DNA of 64,000 nucleotides from Candidatus Nanopelagicales bacterium. GTDB taxonomy: Bacteria; Actinomycetota; Actinomycetes; S36-B12; CAIYMF01. Position 1 is the stretch's first letter. The number at the start of each line of letters is the position of its first letter. Under the pieces are notes generated by a model. It was not told the DNA's origin. It searched no databases and saw only the letters and a program-made list of their open reading frames with translations. The position numbers were made by a program, and so were the translations under genes. The DNA is taken from the NCBI GenBank assembly GCA_049688395.1, contig JBAVKQ010000093.1:2775-66774 (forward strand), read 5' to 3'. Below, piece by piece: positions 38,764-47,866 of this stretch.

Positions 38764-38982
38764 GCTGATCGGGCCGCTCAGATGGGACCTCGTCCTCCGT
38801 ATCGCGCAGTGCCTGCGATACCGGGTGATCTGACGCGGCAACGCGTCCGACGTGCGCATTCGTCCTGTCCGCAGCGGTGCCCTCACCTGCCCAGGGCAGC
38901 GCGTCGTCCGAGTGATCCTCAGCACCTGACCCGAGCCCCACGCGCCGTGATCGATCCCGGCGACCCCGTCTTGGACGCGTAG

Positions 38983-40155
38983 TCAGCCTTCGGCCAGGCT
39001 GGCGCCCAGCGCGCGCAGTCCGTCGAGGTCGTGGACGTCGGTCGCCTGGGCTGTGGCTCGGGCGACGGGCACGTGTGGGAAGCCGGCGCTGAAGTGCCCG
39101 ATCAGGTGGGTCTCCCGGCTGATGCGCGCCATGCGTTCGGCGTGCACCCGCAGGATCCGCTCGGTCAGGCCGTGCTCGGGGAGGTCGGCCAGGTCCTGGG
39201 CCCCCAGCCGGCTGCGCTCGAGGGTGAGGGTCGGGGCATCAGTGCTGTGGATCCGGTTGAGCACGAGCCCGGCCAGGGCCATCTGATCCTGTTCCAGTCT
39301 CTGGGTGAAGTAGGCCGCTTCGCGCAACGCGTCGGGCTCCGGGGTGGCCACGACCAGGAAGCTGGTCCCGGGCGCCTGGAGTTGGGCGTAGGTCAGTTCG
39401 GCGCGCTCGCGGAAGCCGCCGAAGATGGTGTCCAGGGCGGCGATCAGGCTCTGGACGTTGGTGAGGATCTGCGCCCCGAAGACCCGGTTCATGACCCCGG
39501 ACATGGCCCAGACCCCGGCGTTGAACACGGTGAGATAGGTCCGGCCACCGAGGCGCGCCGGTGCCAGGAAGAGCTTGATCGTGCGGCCGTCGAGGAAGGA
39601 ACCCAACCGCTGGGGGGCATCGAGGAAGTCCAGGGCCGAGCGCGAGGGTGGCGTGTCCACGACGATCAGGTCCCAGCGCCCGTCTTCATCGGCCTGGGCA
39701 CGCAGTTGGCCCAGCTTCTCCATGGCCATGTACTCCTGGGTGCCGGTGAACGAGGTGGACATGGATTGGTAGAACGGGTTGGCGAAGATCGCCCGGGCCT
39801 GGTCGGGGGCTGCGTGGGTCGCCACCGTCTCGTCGAAGGTGCGCTTCATGTCCAGCATCATCGCCTCGAGCAGGCCGCCGGCTGCCAGGTCCACATCAGG
39901 TACCACGCGCGGGACGTTGTCCAGGTGTTCCAGGCCCATCGACTGGGCGAGCCTGCGCGCGGGGTCGATGGTCAGCACGCACACCCGTCGCCCCTGCTCG
40001 GCCGCCCGCAGGGCCAGCGCTGCTGCCGTGGTGGTCTTGCCGACCCCGCCCGAGCCGCAGCACACGATGATCCGGGTGCCCCGGTCGGCGAGCAGCCCGT
40101 CCACGTCCAGGCGTGGGGCAGCAGTGGCAGACGCGTGCGTTCCCCTCGAGGTCAC
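38983..40155 (-). CDS. ArsA/Get3-like P-loop ATPase
   Basis: Deviant Walker A CGSGGVGKTT, then LTIDPARRL and DLIVVDTPP. Confidence 0.8.
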   Translation of the reverse strand: MTSRGTHASATAAPRLDVDGLLADRGTRIIVCCGSGGVGKTTTAAALALRAAEQGRRVCVLTIDPARRLAQSMGLEHLDNVPRVVPDVDLAAGGLLEAMMLDMKRTFDETVATHAAPDQARAIFANPFYQSMSTSFTGTQEYMAMEKLGQLRAQADEDGRWDLIVVDTPPSRSALDFLDAPQRLGSFLDGRTIKLFLAPARLGGRTYLTVFNAGVWAMSGVMNRVFGAQILTNVQSLIAALDTIFGGFRERAELTYAQLQAPGTSFLVVATPEPDALREAAYFTQRLEQDQMALAGLVLNRIHSTDAPTLTLERSRLGAQDLADLPEHGLTERILRVHAERMARISRETHLIGHFSAGFPHVPVARATAQATDVHDLDGLRALGASLAEG

Positions 40156-41162
40156 GACCCACCCACCCCGAAGCCCTGCTCGGTCAGGGCTGCGGCGAGC
40201 TCGTACAGCCCGCCGAGGTCGATGCCCGCTGCCAACCAGGCAAGCTCGTAGGTGGGCCGGCCCAGCGACGCCAGGGCGGCCCGCTCGGTCGCCTCCAGGT
40301 CGAACCGGTCCGTGGCGTCGAGCGCCTCCCCGGTCAGCGCGTCGACGACCGCGCCGCTGGTGGGCAGACCCACGGCCGCCAGCCCGGCGGCGATCTCGGC
40401 CCGGGGCAACTGCCCGCTGCGGGCCTGGGTGAGGTCACCGGCGGTGAGGACGGGCTGGCGCACCATGTTGATCAGAACGCCACCGACCGGCAGGCCGATC
40501 CCGCCCAACTCCGCCACCACGTCCACGGTCTCCTGCGTGGGCATCTCCTCGAGCAGGGTCACGACGTGCACCGCGGTCTGTGCCGAGCGGAGCACCTCCA
40601 TGATCGATTCGGCCTGGTTGCGCACGGGCCCGACCCGAGCCAGGCCGGCGACCTGCTCGTTGACGTTGAGGAAGCGCGCGACCCGCCCGGTGGGCGGGGC
40701 GTCCACCACGACGGCGTCGTACCGGACGCCGTCGGGCCGGGATGCATCCAGGGTCTGGCAGATCTTGCCGGTCAGGAACACGTCGCGTAGTCCTGGGGCG
40801 ATCGTGGTGACGAAGTCCAGGACCCCCAGCCTGTCCAGCGCCCACCTCGCCCGACCGAGGTGGTAGACGGTCTGCAGGTACTCCAGCAGCGCGTCCTGGA
40901 CATCGACCGCCAGGGCGTACACCTCGCCACCGCCCCGGGCCACGGCGACGCGACGCTCGGCGTAGGGCAGCGGCGGGCAGTCGAACAGCTGCGCGATGCC
41001 TTGACGGCCCTCCACCTCGATGAGCAGTGTGCGCCGGCCCCCCGCAGCCAGCGCGAGCGCGAGCGCAGCCGCCAGGGTCGTCTTGCCCGTACCCCCCTTG
41101 CCGGTCACCACGTGCAGCCGGACATCGGTCCAGTCCGGGGGGCGCGCAGGGTCGACGGGCAC
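40152..41162 (-). CDS. ArsA/Get3-like P-loop ATPase (second paralogue)
   Basis: Walker A GKGGTGKTT and DAVVVDAPPTG. Overlaps the downstream paralogue by 4 nt. Confidence 0.8.
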   Translation of the reverse strand: MPVDPARPPDWTDVRLHVVTGKGGTGKTTLAAALALALAAGGRRTLLIEVEGRQGIAQLFDCPPLPYAERRVAVARGGGEVYALAVDVQDALLEYLQTVYHLGRARWALDRLGVLDFVTTIAPGLRDVFLTGKICQTLDASRPDGVRYDAVVVDAPPTGRVARFLNVNEQVAGLARVGPVRNQAESIMEVLRSAQTAVHVVTLLEEMPTQETVDVVAELGGIGLPVGGVLINMVRQPVLTAGDLTQARSGQLPRAEIAAGLAAVGLPTSGAVVDALTGEALDATDRFDLEATERAALASLGRPTYELAWLAAGIDLGGLYELAAALTEQGFGVGGS

Positions 41163-41207
41163 GTCCTCGACCTTAGGCCTGATCTCGCGACCCGGCCCGC
41201 CGCCGGA

Positions 41208-42041
41208 TCACCCGCCGGCGATGATGCCGGCGTTCAGGCTGAGCAGGAGGGAATCGATCAGCGCGAGCAGCATCACGATCCTGAACAGGTGCCGGCCACC
41301 GGATGCGGTGGCGGCCAGGACCGAGACCGCGGTCAACCCTGCCAGGATGGCGACCGCGGTGGGCAGGTGCAGGTCGAGGTTCCCCACGAGCAGACCGGTG
41401 GCCGCCAGTAGCGCGACGACGGCCAGCTGCGCCGACAGCCGCCCCCCCAGGCGCCCGACCAGTCCCTGGCTGTCGGTTGCCCGGTCGGTGTCGATGTCGG
41501 GGATGCCGTTGGCCAGATGCGCGCCCACCCCGAGCAGCGACAGGGTCGCCACCGCCCACCCGGCCGGCGGCTGCGGCGGGGTCAGCCCGTAGGTCAGGAA
41601 CGGGGCGAACAGCCCGAAGGACACCAGGTAGGGCACGAACGACCAGATCGTCGTCTTCAGCCACAGGTCATAGGCCCAGGCAGACGCGACGGCGACGATG
41701 TGGGCGGCGCCACCGATGACCCCACCGGCCAGGAGCGACAGCGGGATGCACGCGAGGGCAGCGGTGCTCGCGGCCACCCACAGGCGGCGTTCGCTTACCA
41801 CACCGCGCACGGTGGGCTTGTCCCACCGCTGCGCGTGCCGGTCGCGCTGCGCGTCATGGGCGTCGTTGGCCCAGCCGACGGACAGCTGCCCGGACAGGAC
41901 GGCCAGGAACACGGCGAGGCCCCCGATCGGTCCTCGGCCCAAGGACAGCGCCAAGGCGGTGATGGCGACGGTGACCACGAGGGTGGGCCCGGGGTGACAG
42001 GCCGCCACCAGTCCGCGTACCTGCGCGTGGCGAGCAACCAT
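41208..42041 (-). CDS. UbiA-superfamily prenyltransferase
   Basis: About 8 TM helices. First Asp-rich motif NDAHDAQRD, and a second acidic patch IPDIDTDR. Confidence 0.75.
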   Translation of the reverse strand: MVARHAQVRGLVAACHPGPTLVVTVAITALALSLGRGPIGGLAVFLAVLSGQLSVGWANDAHDAQRDRHAQRWDKPTVRGVVSERRLWVAASTAALACIPLSLLAGGVIGGAAHIVAVASAWAYDLWLKTTIWSFVPYLVSFGLFAPFLTYGLTPPQPPAGWAVATLSLLGVGAHLANGIPDIDTDRATDSQGLVGRLGGRLSAQLAVVALLAATGLLVGNLDLHLPTAVAILAGLTAVSVLAATASGGRHLFRIVMLLALIDSLLLSLNAGIIAGG

Positions 42042-42047
42042 CGTCGG

Positions 42048-43067
42048 CTACCCGGCGATCCGGTCGACGATGCGGGTGAACGTACGCGGCAGCGCCTGCG
42101 CGGTGGGCACGATCATCGGGCGCAGGCGGGGCCTCGCGCCGACCCAGAGCAGGGTGTTGGTCAGGTTCCGGTAGGAGCGGGTGATCCGCGTCCACGCCGC
42201 TTCGTAGCGCTGGGGCTGGTCGGTCACGATCGCCTCGACGGCTGCCTGCGCCTCGGCGAAGCCGACCCGCAGCCCTTCCCCGGTCAGGGCGTCGACGTAG
42301 CCGGCCGCGTCGCCGACCAGCAGCACCCGGCCCGCCACCCGCGCGGTGCTGGACTGCCGCAACGGCCCGGCCCCCCGCAGCGCACTGGCCTGCGCGGCCC
42401 CGGACAGGTGGTCGGCCAGGCTCGGCAGGCTGGCGATGGCCGCCGCTAGGTCCAGCGGCCTGGGTCCCAGCACCGCCACCCCGACCGTGTCCGGGCTCAC
42501 CGGCGTGACGTACACCTCCTGCCCGGGCAGCCAGTGCACCTCGACCAGGTCCGACCAGGGGGCAACCCTGAAGTGCTGGCGCAGGCCGAACCGGCGCGCC
42601 CCAGCAGGACGGGCTGCCAGACCCGTTGCCCGGCGCACAGTGGAGTGCAGCCCATCGGCTCCGACCAGGTAGCGGGCGTCCATTCCTGCAACATGCACCC
42701 CCGCGGCGGTCTGCGTCACCCCGGACACTGCGCCCGGGTGGATGCGGACCCCGACCTGGCGGGCCCGGTCCAGCATGGCTTCGTGCAGGGTCGTCCGCCG
42801 CACCCCGCGCCCGGGCCCGGCGCTGAACGTGGCCTGAGCCGCCCGCGCGCCCGACAGGTAGCGGATCCCCGTGAGGTCCACTCCCTGCGGGTCGATGCCC
42901 AGGGTGTTCAGCCGGGCCAGGGCCTGGGGCATCAGGCCCTCCCCGCACGCCTTGTCGATGGCCCCCGGCCGCGGTTCCACGACGACCACCTCCAGGTCGG
43001 CCATGGCGGCGTCGATCGCCGTGGCCAGCCCCACCGGCCCGCCCCCGGCCACGACCAGGTCGATCAT
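42048..43067 (-). CDS. FAD-dependent oxidoreductase (geranylgeranyl-reductase / SrsC-like hydroxylase family)
   Basis: ATG 43067 (MIDLVVAGGGPVGLATA, a GxGxxG motif) and a later GDAAGYVDALTGEG. Confidence 0.8.
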   Translation of the reverse strand: MIDLVVAGGGPVGLATAIDAAMADLEVVVVEPRPGAIDKACGEGLMPQALARLNTLGIDPQGVDLTGIRYLSGARAAQATFSAGPGRGVRRTTLHEAMLDRARQVGVRIHPGAVSGVTQTAAGVHVAGMDARYLVGADGLHSTVRRATGLAARPAGARRFGLRQHFRVAPWSDLVEVHWLPGQEVYVTPVSPDTVGVAVLGPRPLDLAAAIASLPSLADHLSGAAQASALRGAGPLRQSSTARVAGRVLLVGDAAGYVDALTGEGLRVGFAEAQAAVEAIVTDQPQRYEAAWTRITRSYRNLTNTLLWVGARPRLRPMIVPTAQALPRTFTRIVDRIAG

Positions 43068-43594
43068 CGAGACCCGGCCGGCAGCAGCTTCAGTGCGGCG
43101 TCCTCGGTGCGGATCCGGACCGCCATCAGGGCAGCGTTCAGCGTGGTGAACACCAGGGCGGTGACCCATGCCGAGCCGACCAGCGGCAGCGCGAACCCCT
43201 CGATCACGACCGCCACGTAGTTGGGGTGGGACAGTCGGGCGTAGGGACCGCGAGTCACCCTCGGCAGGCCGGGGACGATCACCACCCGGGTGTTCCACCG
43301 TGGCCCCAGCGAGGCGATGCACCACCAGCGCAGCGCCTGGGCGCCCAGCACCAGTATCAGCATCGGCACCGCCAGGGCGGCGATCATCTGCCGACCTGCC
43401 AGATGGACCTCGACCAAGGCCCCCACCAGCAGGCCCAGGTGCAGCACGACCATCGCCGGATAGTGCCCCCGGCCGTGCTCCTGCCCGCCGCGCTCGGCGC
43501 TCCAGCGCAGGTTGCGCTGGGAGACGATCAGCTCGGCGACCCGCTCCAGGCCCACGAGGACGATAAGCACCGTGAATACGGTGGTGCCGCTCAC
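43064..43594 (-). CDS. Isoprenylcysteine carboxyl methyltransferase (ICMT)-family membrane methyltransferase (SrsB-like)
   Basis: Membrane protein with LVTRGPYARLSHPNYVAVVIEG. GTG 43594 lies 4 nt after the PKS stop. Confidence 0.78.
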   Translation of the reverse strand: MSGTTVFTVLIVLVGLERVAELIVSQRNLRWSAERGGQEHGRGHYPAMVVLHLGLLVGALVEVHLAGRQMIAALAVPMLILVLGAQALRWWCIASLGPRWNTRVVIVPGLPRVTRGPYARLSHPNYVAVVIEGFALPLVGSAWVTALVFTTLNAALMAVRIRTEDAALKLLPAGSR

Positions 43595-43598
43595 CGGG

Positions 43599-44675
43599 TC
43601 ACCAGCGCAGCAGGACGAGTTCGGCACAGAACCCCGGGCCCAGGGCGATCAGCAGCCCGGGTGTCCCCGAATCGGGAGTCGGGGCGCCGTCACGGCCCTC
43701 GAGGGTGTCGGCGAGCACATGCAGGACCGAGGCCGAGGACAGGTTCCCGATGCGTGCCAACGACCGCCAAGTGACCCCCAGCTCGTCGTCGGTCAGACCC
43801 AGGGAGGACTCCATGGCCTCCAGCACCTTCGGGCCGCCCGGGTGACAGACCCAGTTCGCGATGTCGGGAACCTTCAGATCCTGATCGGAGAGGAAACCGA
43901 CGACGTCGTCCTCGAGGTACTGGGTCACGACCGTCGGCACGTCGGCCGACAGCACGAGCCGGAACCCGCTGCCGCCGACGTCCCAGCCCATGGTGTGCTG
44001 GGTGTCGGGATACATCCGGCTGCGCGAGGCGAGCACGCGAGGCCCGGTGATGCCCATCCGCCGCGCGCGGTCGGCTCCCACCATCACGACCGCGGCCGCA
44101 CCGTCACCGAACAATCCGCTGGCCACCACGTTGGGCATCGACACGTCCGCGTGCTGCAACGTCAGCGAGCACAACTCGATCGAGAGCAGCACGGCCACCC
44201 CGTCGGGATCGCCCAGCAGGTAGTCGCGGACCCGGGCGATCCCCGCCACCCCGGCCACGCACCCGAGGCCGAAGATCGGCAGGCGTTTGACGTCGGGACG
44301 CAGCCCCAACGCCGGCACGAGCCGGGCCTCCAACGACGGTGCCGCGATCCCCGTCACCGAGGTGGACACCACCAGGTCGACGTCCTCGGGCCTCAGGCCG
44401 GCCTTGGCCAGGGCGCCCCGGATGGCCTGCTCGCCCAGGTCCAGGCCCACCCGGATGAACACATCGTTGGCCGCCCCGAAGTCGTCGAGGTCGGGGTAAT
44501 CCGCCAGGTCGAGGGCCAGGTTCCGGCTGCGCACACCTGTGGCGGCATGGATCTTCTCGACCAGCGCGACGTGGCCACCATCGGGGGACACCATCGTTCC
44601 GAACGCCTTGGTGATCTCCTGCTGCGGGTAGGCGAACGGGGCCAACACTCCATGAACTCCGGCAATAACCACCAT
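43599..44675 (-). CDS. Type III polyketide synthase (chalcone/stilbene synthase family, SrsA-like)
   Basis: Catalytic Cys in FGLGCVAGV, His in VCHPGGPKV, Asn in IGNLSSASV. Confidence 0.9.
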   Translation of the reverse strand: MVVIAGVHGVLAPFAYPQQEITKAFGTMVSPDGGHVALVEKIHAATGVRSRNLALDLADYPDLDDFGAANDVFIRVGLDLGEQAIRGALAKAGLRPEDVDLVVSTSVTGIAAPSLEARLVPALGLRPDVKRLPIFGLGCVAGVAGIARVRDYLLGDPDGVAVLLSIELCSLTLQHADVSMPNVVASGLFGDGAAAVVMVGADRARRMGITGPRVLASRSRMYPDTQHTMGWDVGGSGFRLVLSADVPTVVTQYLEDDVVGFLSDQDLKVPDIANWVCHPGGPKVLEAMESSLGLTDDELGVTWRSLARIGNLSSASVLHVLADTLEGRDGAPTPDSGTPGLLIALGPGFCAELVLLRW

Positions 44676-44765
44676 CCGGGCAGCATAGGTGCCAAACCCC
44701 GCTTGCGCCGCCGACGCAGTTCGGGGGATCGCTCTCCGACGGGGTGTGGCCCGGGTGCGGACCGG

Positions 44766-45941
44766 TCACGGGGGAGCGTCGAACGCGCGCGCGACGACCA
44801 CGTCGGTCGACGCGTGGGCGATGATCGACAGGGTGATGGTCAACGCGGTCAGGTGGAACAGCGCGTCGGCCGCGTCGATGCCCGATTCCAGGATCAACAG
44901 GCCGTAGACGACCGAGGCGAAGCCCTTCGGCCCGAACCACATGGCGGCGGCCTTCTCCCGCATGTCCAACGGCGAGCGGGCCAGGGAGATCAGCAGTGCC
45001 AGGGGCCGTGCCACCACGAGGGCCAGCACCGCGAACACCCACCCGGGCCACGGGATCTCGCGCAGGAACGGGATCGAGATGAGCAGGCCGAAGACCAGCA
45101 GGGCGCCGAGCTTGAGCAGTTCGGCCAGCACTTCGCCCAGCTCGCGGAAGGCCTGCACCTCGCGCTGGCCCAGGGTGGCCACGGTCATGCCGGCGGTGAA
45201 TGCGGCCAGGAACAGGTTGGCGGTGGTGAGCAGGCACAGCCCCACGACCAGCAGGGCGATGCCCACGGCGGTGATGGCGATGTACTCACCGCTCGAGGCG
45301 AACACCCGGCTGCGTTCCAGACGCAGCACCGCCCAGGGCACGACCACGCCGATCCCGACCCCGAGCAGCAGTTCGAAGAGCACCGTGCCGATCTGGGGCT
45401 CCTCCTTGGAGGCGATCTCCAGCAGGATGATGACCACGGGCAGCGCAAGCCCGTCGTTGAGGCCCGACTCGACGTTGAGCATCTGGCGCAGGCGGTGGGG
45501 GACCCGCAGGTTGCCGACCAGCGCCGCGGCGAAGACCGGATCGGTCGGGGCCAGGGCGGCACCGAGCAGCAGACACTCCAACATACTCAGATCCGTCAGC
45601 CAGTAGGCGAGGCCTGCGGTGATGGCCATGGTCAGGGGCATCCCGAACAGCAGCGCGCGACTGGGCAGTCGCCAGGCCGCCCGCAGGTCGGGCCAGCCCA
45701 GACGCATCCCGTCGGTGAACAGGACCGCGAACAGCGCGGCCTCGGCCAACCAGAGGACGATCGGGTCGTCGGGCTGCAGGTCGACGATGCCCAATGAACC
45801 GTCGCCGGCCACGATCCCCACGACCAGGAACAGCACCGCCGTGGACAGGACCGTCCTGTGCGCCCGCGCGGAGATGAGCACCGCGACCAGCAGGGCCACG
45901 GCGTAGAGCAGCAGCAGGACGGTGTTCTGGTCCACGGCCAT
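44766..45941 (-). CDS. Cation:proton antiporter (CPA1 family), second copy
   Basis: Polytopic membrane protein with LAPTDPVF, LNVESGLNDGLA and WFGPKGFAS. Confidence 0.85.
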   Translation of the reverse strand: MAVDQNTVLLLLYAVALLVAVLISARAHRTVLSTAVLFLVVGIVAGDGSLGIVDLQPDDPIVLWLAEAALFAVLFTDGMRLGWPDLRAAWRLPSRALLFGMPLTMAITAGLAYWLTDLSMLECLLLGAALAPTDPVFAAALVGNLRVPHRLRQMLNVESGLNDGLALPVVIILLEIASKEEPQIGTVLFELLLGVGIGVVVPWAVLRLERSRVFASSGEYIAITAVGIALLVVGLCLLTTANLFLAAFTAGMTVATLGQREVQAFRELGEVLAELLKLGALLVFGLLISIPFLREIPWPGWVFAVLALVVARPLALLISLARSPLDMREKAAAMWFGPKGFASVVYGLLILESGIDAADALFHLTALTITLSIIAHASTDVVVARAFDAPP

Positions 45942-46101
45942 GGGCGCTGACGGTACTCGGACCGCTGCCCGACCGCCCCGGAGGCCGGCTAGGACACCTG
46001 CCTACGCCTGGCTACGCGGCGACCTCGGCGGTCGGGTGGTGTCCGGGATCAGGTGGTGTCCAGGGGTCAACCGGCGGGCCGTGGGAGCCGATCACAGGAG
46101 T

Positions 46102-46860
46102 GTGTCTGCTGGTGTCCGCCGATTTGCGTTCTCGGTCAACGGGCAGCCCGTGGGCTGGCATGTGTACGGGCCCGATGCCGGCCGCCCGCTGCTGTTCCTG
46201 CACGGGTGGGGGATGCTGGTCAACGGGTACTGGAGGGCCATCGAGGGCCTGGCCGCTGCCGGCTGGACCATCCACGCGATCGACTTGCCCGGGTTCGGTG
46301 GTAGCGCGCCGCTGCCGGTGACCCGCTCGTCGCTGACCGGGTACGCCGACTTCCTGGGCGCGGCCCTGGCGGTCAGCCCGTTGGCGGGTGCGCAGGTCCC
46401 CGTCGTCGGGCACTCGTTCGGAGCGGGCATCGCGGCCCGGGTCGCGGTGAGCCAGGAGGACCTGTTCCAGGCGTTGCTGCTGGTCTGCCCCGTTGGCGGG
46501 GCCGGGTCCTCGGTGCGCTCCTGGGTGGCGATGACCAGTGCCCTGGTCACCGAGTTCAGCCAGGAGTTGGCGATCCGGGCCACTGATTCGGTCACGGCCG
46601 TGATCCGGCACCCGTTGCCGTTGGTCCGCTCCGCGTACGCGGCGAAGACAGCGGACCTGACCGGAGAGCTCATCACGCTGCACTCCGGGCAGGTGCCGGT
46701 GCATCTGGTTCTCGCCGATCGTGACTCGATCGTTCCGGCGGGGCAGCTGGTCAGCGCGCCGTCCACGTCGACCACCGTGGTGCGTGGCAACCACGGCTGG
46801 ATGCTGACCCGGCCGGCGGAGTTCGCCGACGCTGCGTGCCGAACCCTCCCCGCGGCCTGA
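46102..46860 (+). CDS. Alpha/beta hydrolase
   Basis: GTG 46102 follows acaggag. Motifs: LFLHGWG, nucleophile elbow GHSFGAG, and a C-terminal GNHGW. Confidence 0.75.
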   Translation: MSAGVRRFAFSVNGQPVGWHVYGPDAGRPLLFLHGWGMLVNGYWRAIEGLAAAGWTIHAIDLPGFGGSAPLPVTRSSLTGYADFLGAALAVSPLAGAQVPVVGHSFGAGIAARVAVSQEDLFQALLLVCPVGGAGSSVRSWVAMTSALVTEFSQELAIRATDSVTAVIRHPLPLVRSAYAAKTADLTGELITLHSGQVPVHLVLADRDSIVPAGQLVSAPSTSTTVVRGNHGWMLTRPAEFADAACRTLPAA

Positions 46861-47129
46861 GGGTCGATCCTCCTGAGGCTCGGTCGTATTGCCCAGCGTC
46901 GAGGCACGCGTCAGCGCCGGGGCGCTGCCGTCATCGCGCCAGATCCTGCGCTCCGTCATGCCCCGACCCGATGGCCCACTGTGCAGTAGCCTCGGGTCCA
47001 GCAGTCGAGGTTTCGGCAAGTGGGGTTCGTGCCGACCCGCGAGCGCTCCACGCCAGGTCGGCGGGTCGTCACCTCCAGGCCCAGCACGAAGCAATCATCG
47101 ACGACGAGTACGTGCACAAGGAGAGGGCG

Positions 47130-47261
47130 ATGGACGCACGAGGCTGGATAGTCCTGATAGCACTGATCGTGATCCTGGGGTCGGCCTTGTTCGTCTGGTT
47201 CCGAAAGCGGCAACGGTCGGGTTCCATCCGAGCTGCCGATCGGAAGCGGGACCAGACATGA
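47130..47261 (+). CDS. Small single-pass membrane protein (43 aa)
   Basis: ATG 47130 follows aaggagaggg. One TM helix (WIVLIALIVILGSALFVWF) and a basic tail. The stop overlaps the next start (ATGA). Confidence 0.55.
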   Translation: MDARGWIVLIALIVILGSALFVWFRKRQRSGSIRAADRKRDQT

Positions 47262-47866
47262 CGACTTCGTCGATGCGGCTGATCCGCGCTGTCGAGATCA
47301 TCGGGATGCCGGTCGTGACGATCGATGGCGGTGAAGATGTTGCCGAGGTGAAGGATGTCGTCTACGACGGCACCAATCACCAACTCGTGGGCTTCACGCT
47401 CAACAAGCGGGGCTGGTTCCGGGGGACGCTGAGCGAGGTGCTCGATGCGGCGCAGATCGCGGCCATCGGCCGGGACGCGGTGATGGTCGGCTCCGCGGCC
47501 GACGTTTCGGCGCCGGTCGCCGCTCCTGATGCGGCGGCCCTGCGGGACCGGGGCCGTGACGTGCTCGGCAACAGCGTGATCACGACCGATGGCACCGCCT
47601 TGGGCACAGTCTCCGGTGTCCTCCTGAGCGCCGGGAAGCGACCCGCCGCAGTCGGCTACGAGTTGACCGACAAAGGTGGCGCTTCGGTCCTGATCCCGAT
47701 CTCGGCGCAGCTGTCGCTGTCCGGTGACAACTTGGTCGTCCCCACGGATGTGCGGTCCTTCGATCCTGCGGACCTGGCCGGCTTCGGCGCCTTCGCCAGC
47801 GCGGCGCGCCACGTCGTGGCCGACGATGCGACACCCAACGACCAGGAGGCAGCGGCAGATGAATGA
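47258..47866 (+). CDS. PRC-barrel domain protein (two PRC-like repeats)
   Basis: IIGMPVVTIDGGEDVAEVKDVVYD... and LGNSVITTDGTALGTVSGVLL... resemble PRC-barrel repeats. Confidence 0.65.
   Translation: MTTSSMRLIRAVEIIGMPVVTIDGGEDVAEVKDVVYDGTNHQLVGFTLNKRGWFRGTLSEVLDAAQIAAIGRDAVMVGSAADVSAPVAAPDAAALRDRGRDVLGNSVITTDGTALGTVSGVLLSAGKRPAAVGYELTDKGGASVLIPISAQLSLSGDNLVVPTDVRSFDPADLAGFGAFASAARHVVADDATPNDQEAAADE

Noticed and set aside
38983-41162. ArsA ATPases as an arsenic-resistance operon
   Set aside because: No arsB/acr3, arsC, arsR or arsD is present in the window. Each protein is single-domain and half-size rather than the duplicated pump ATPase.
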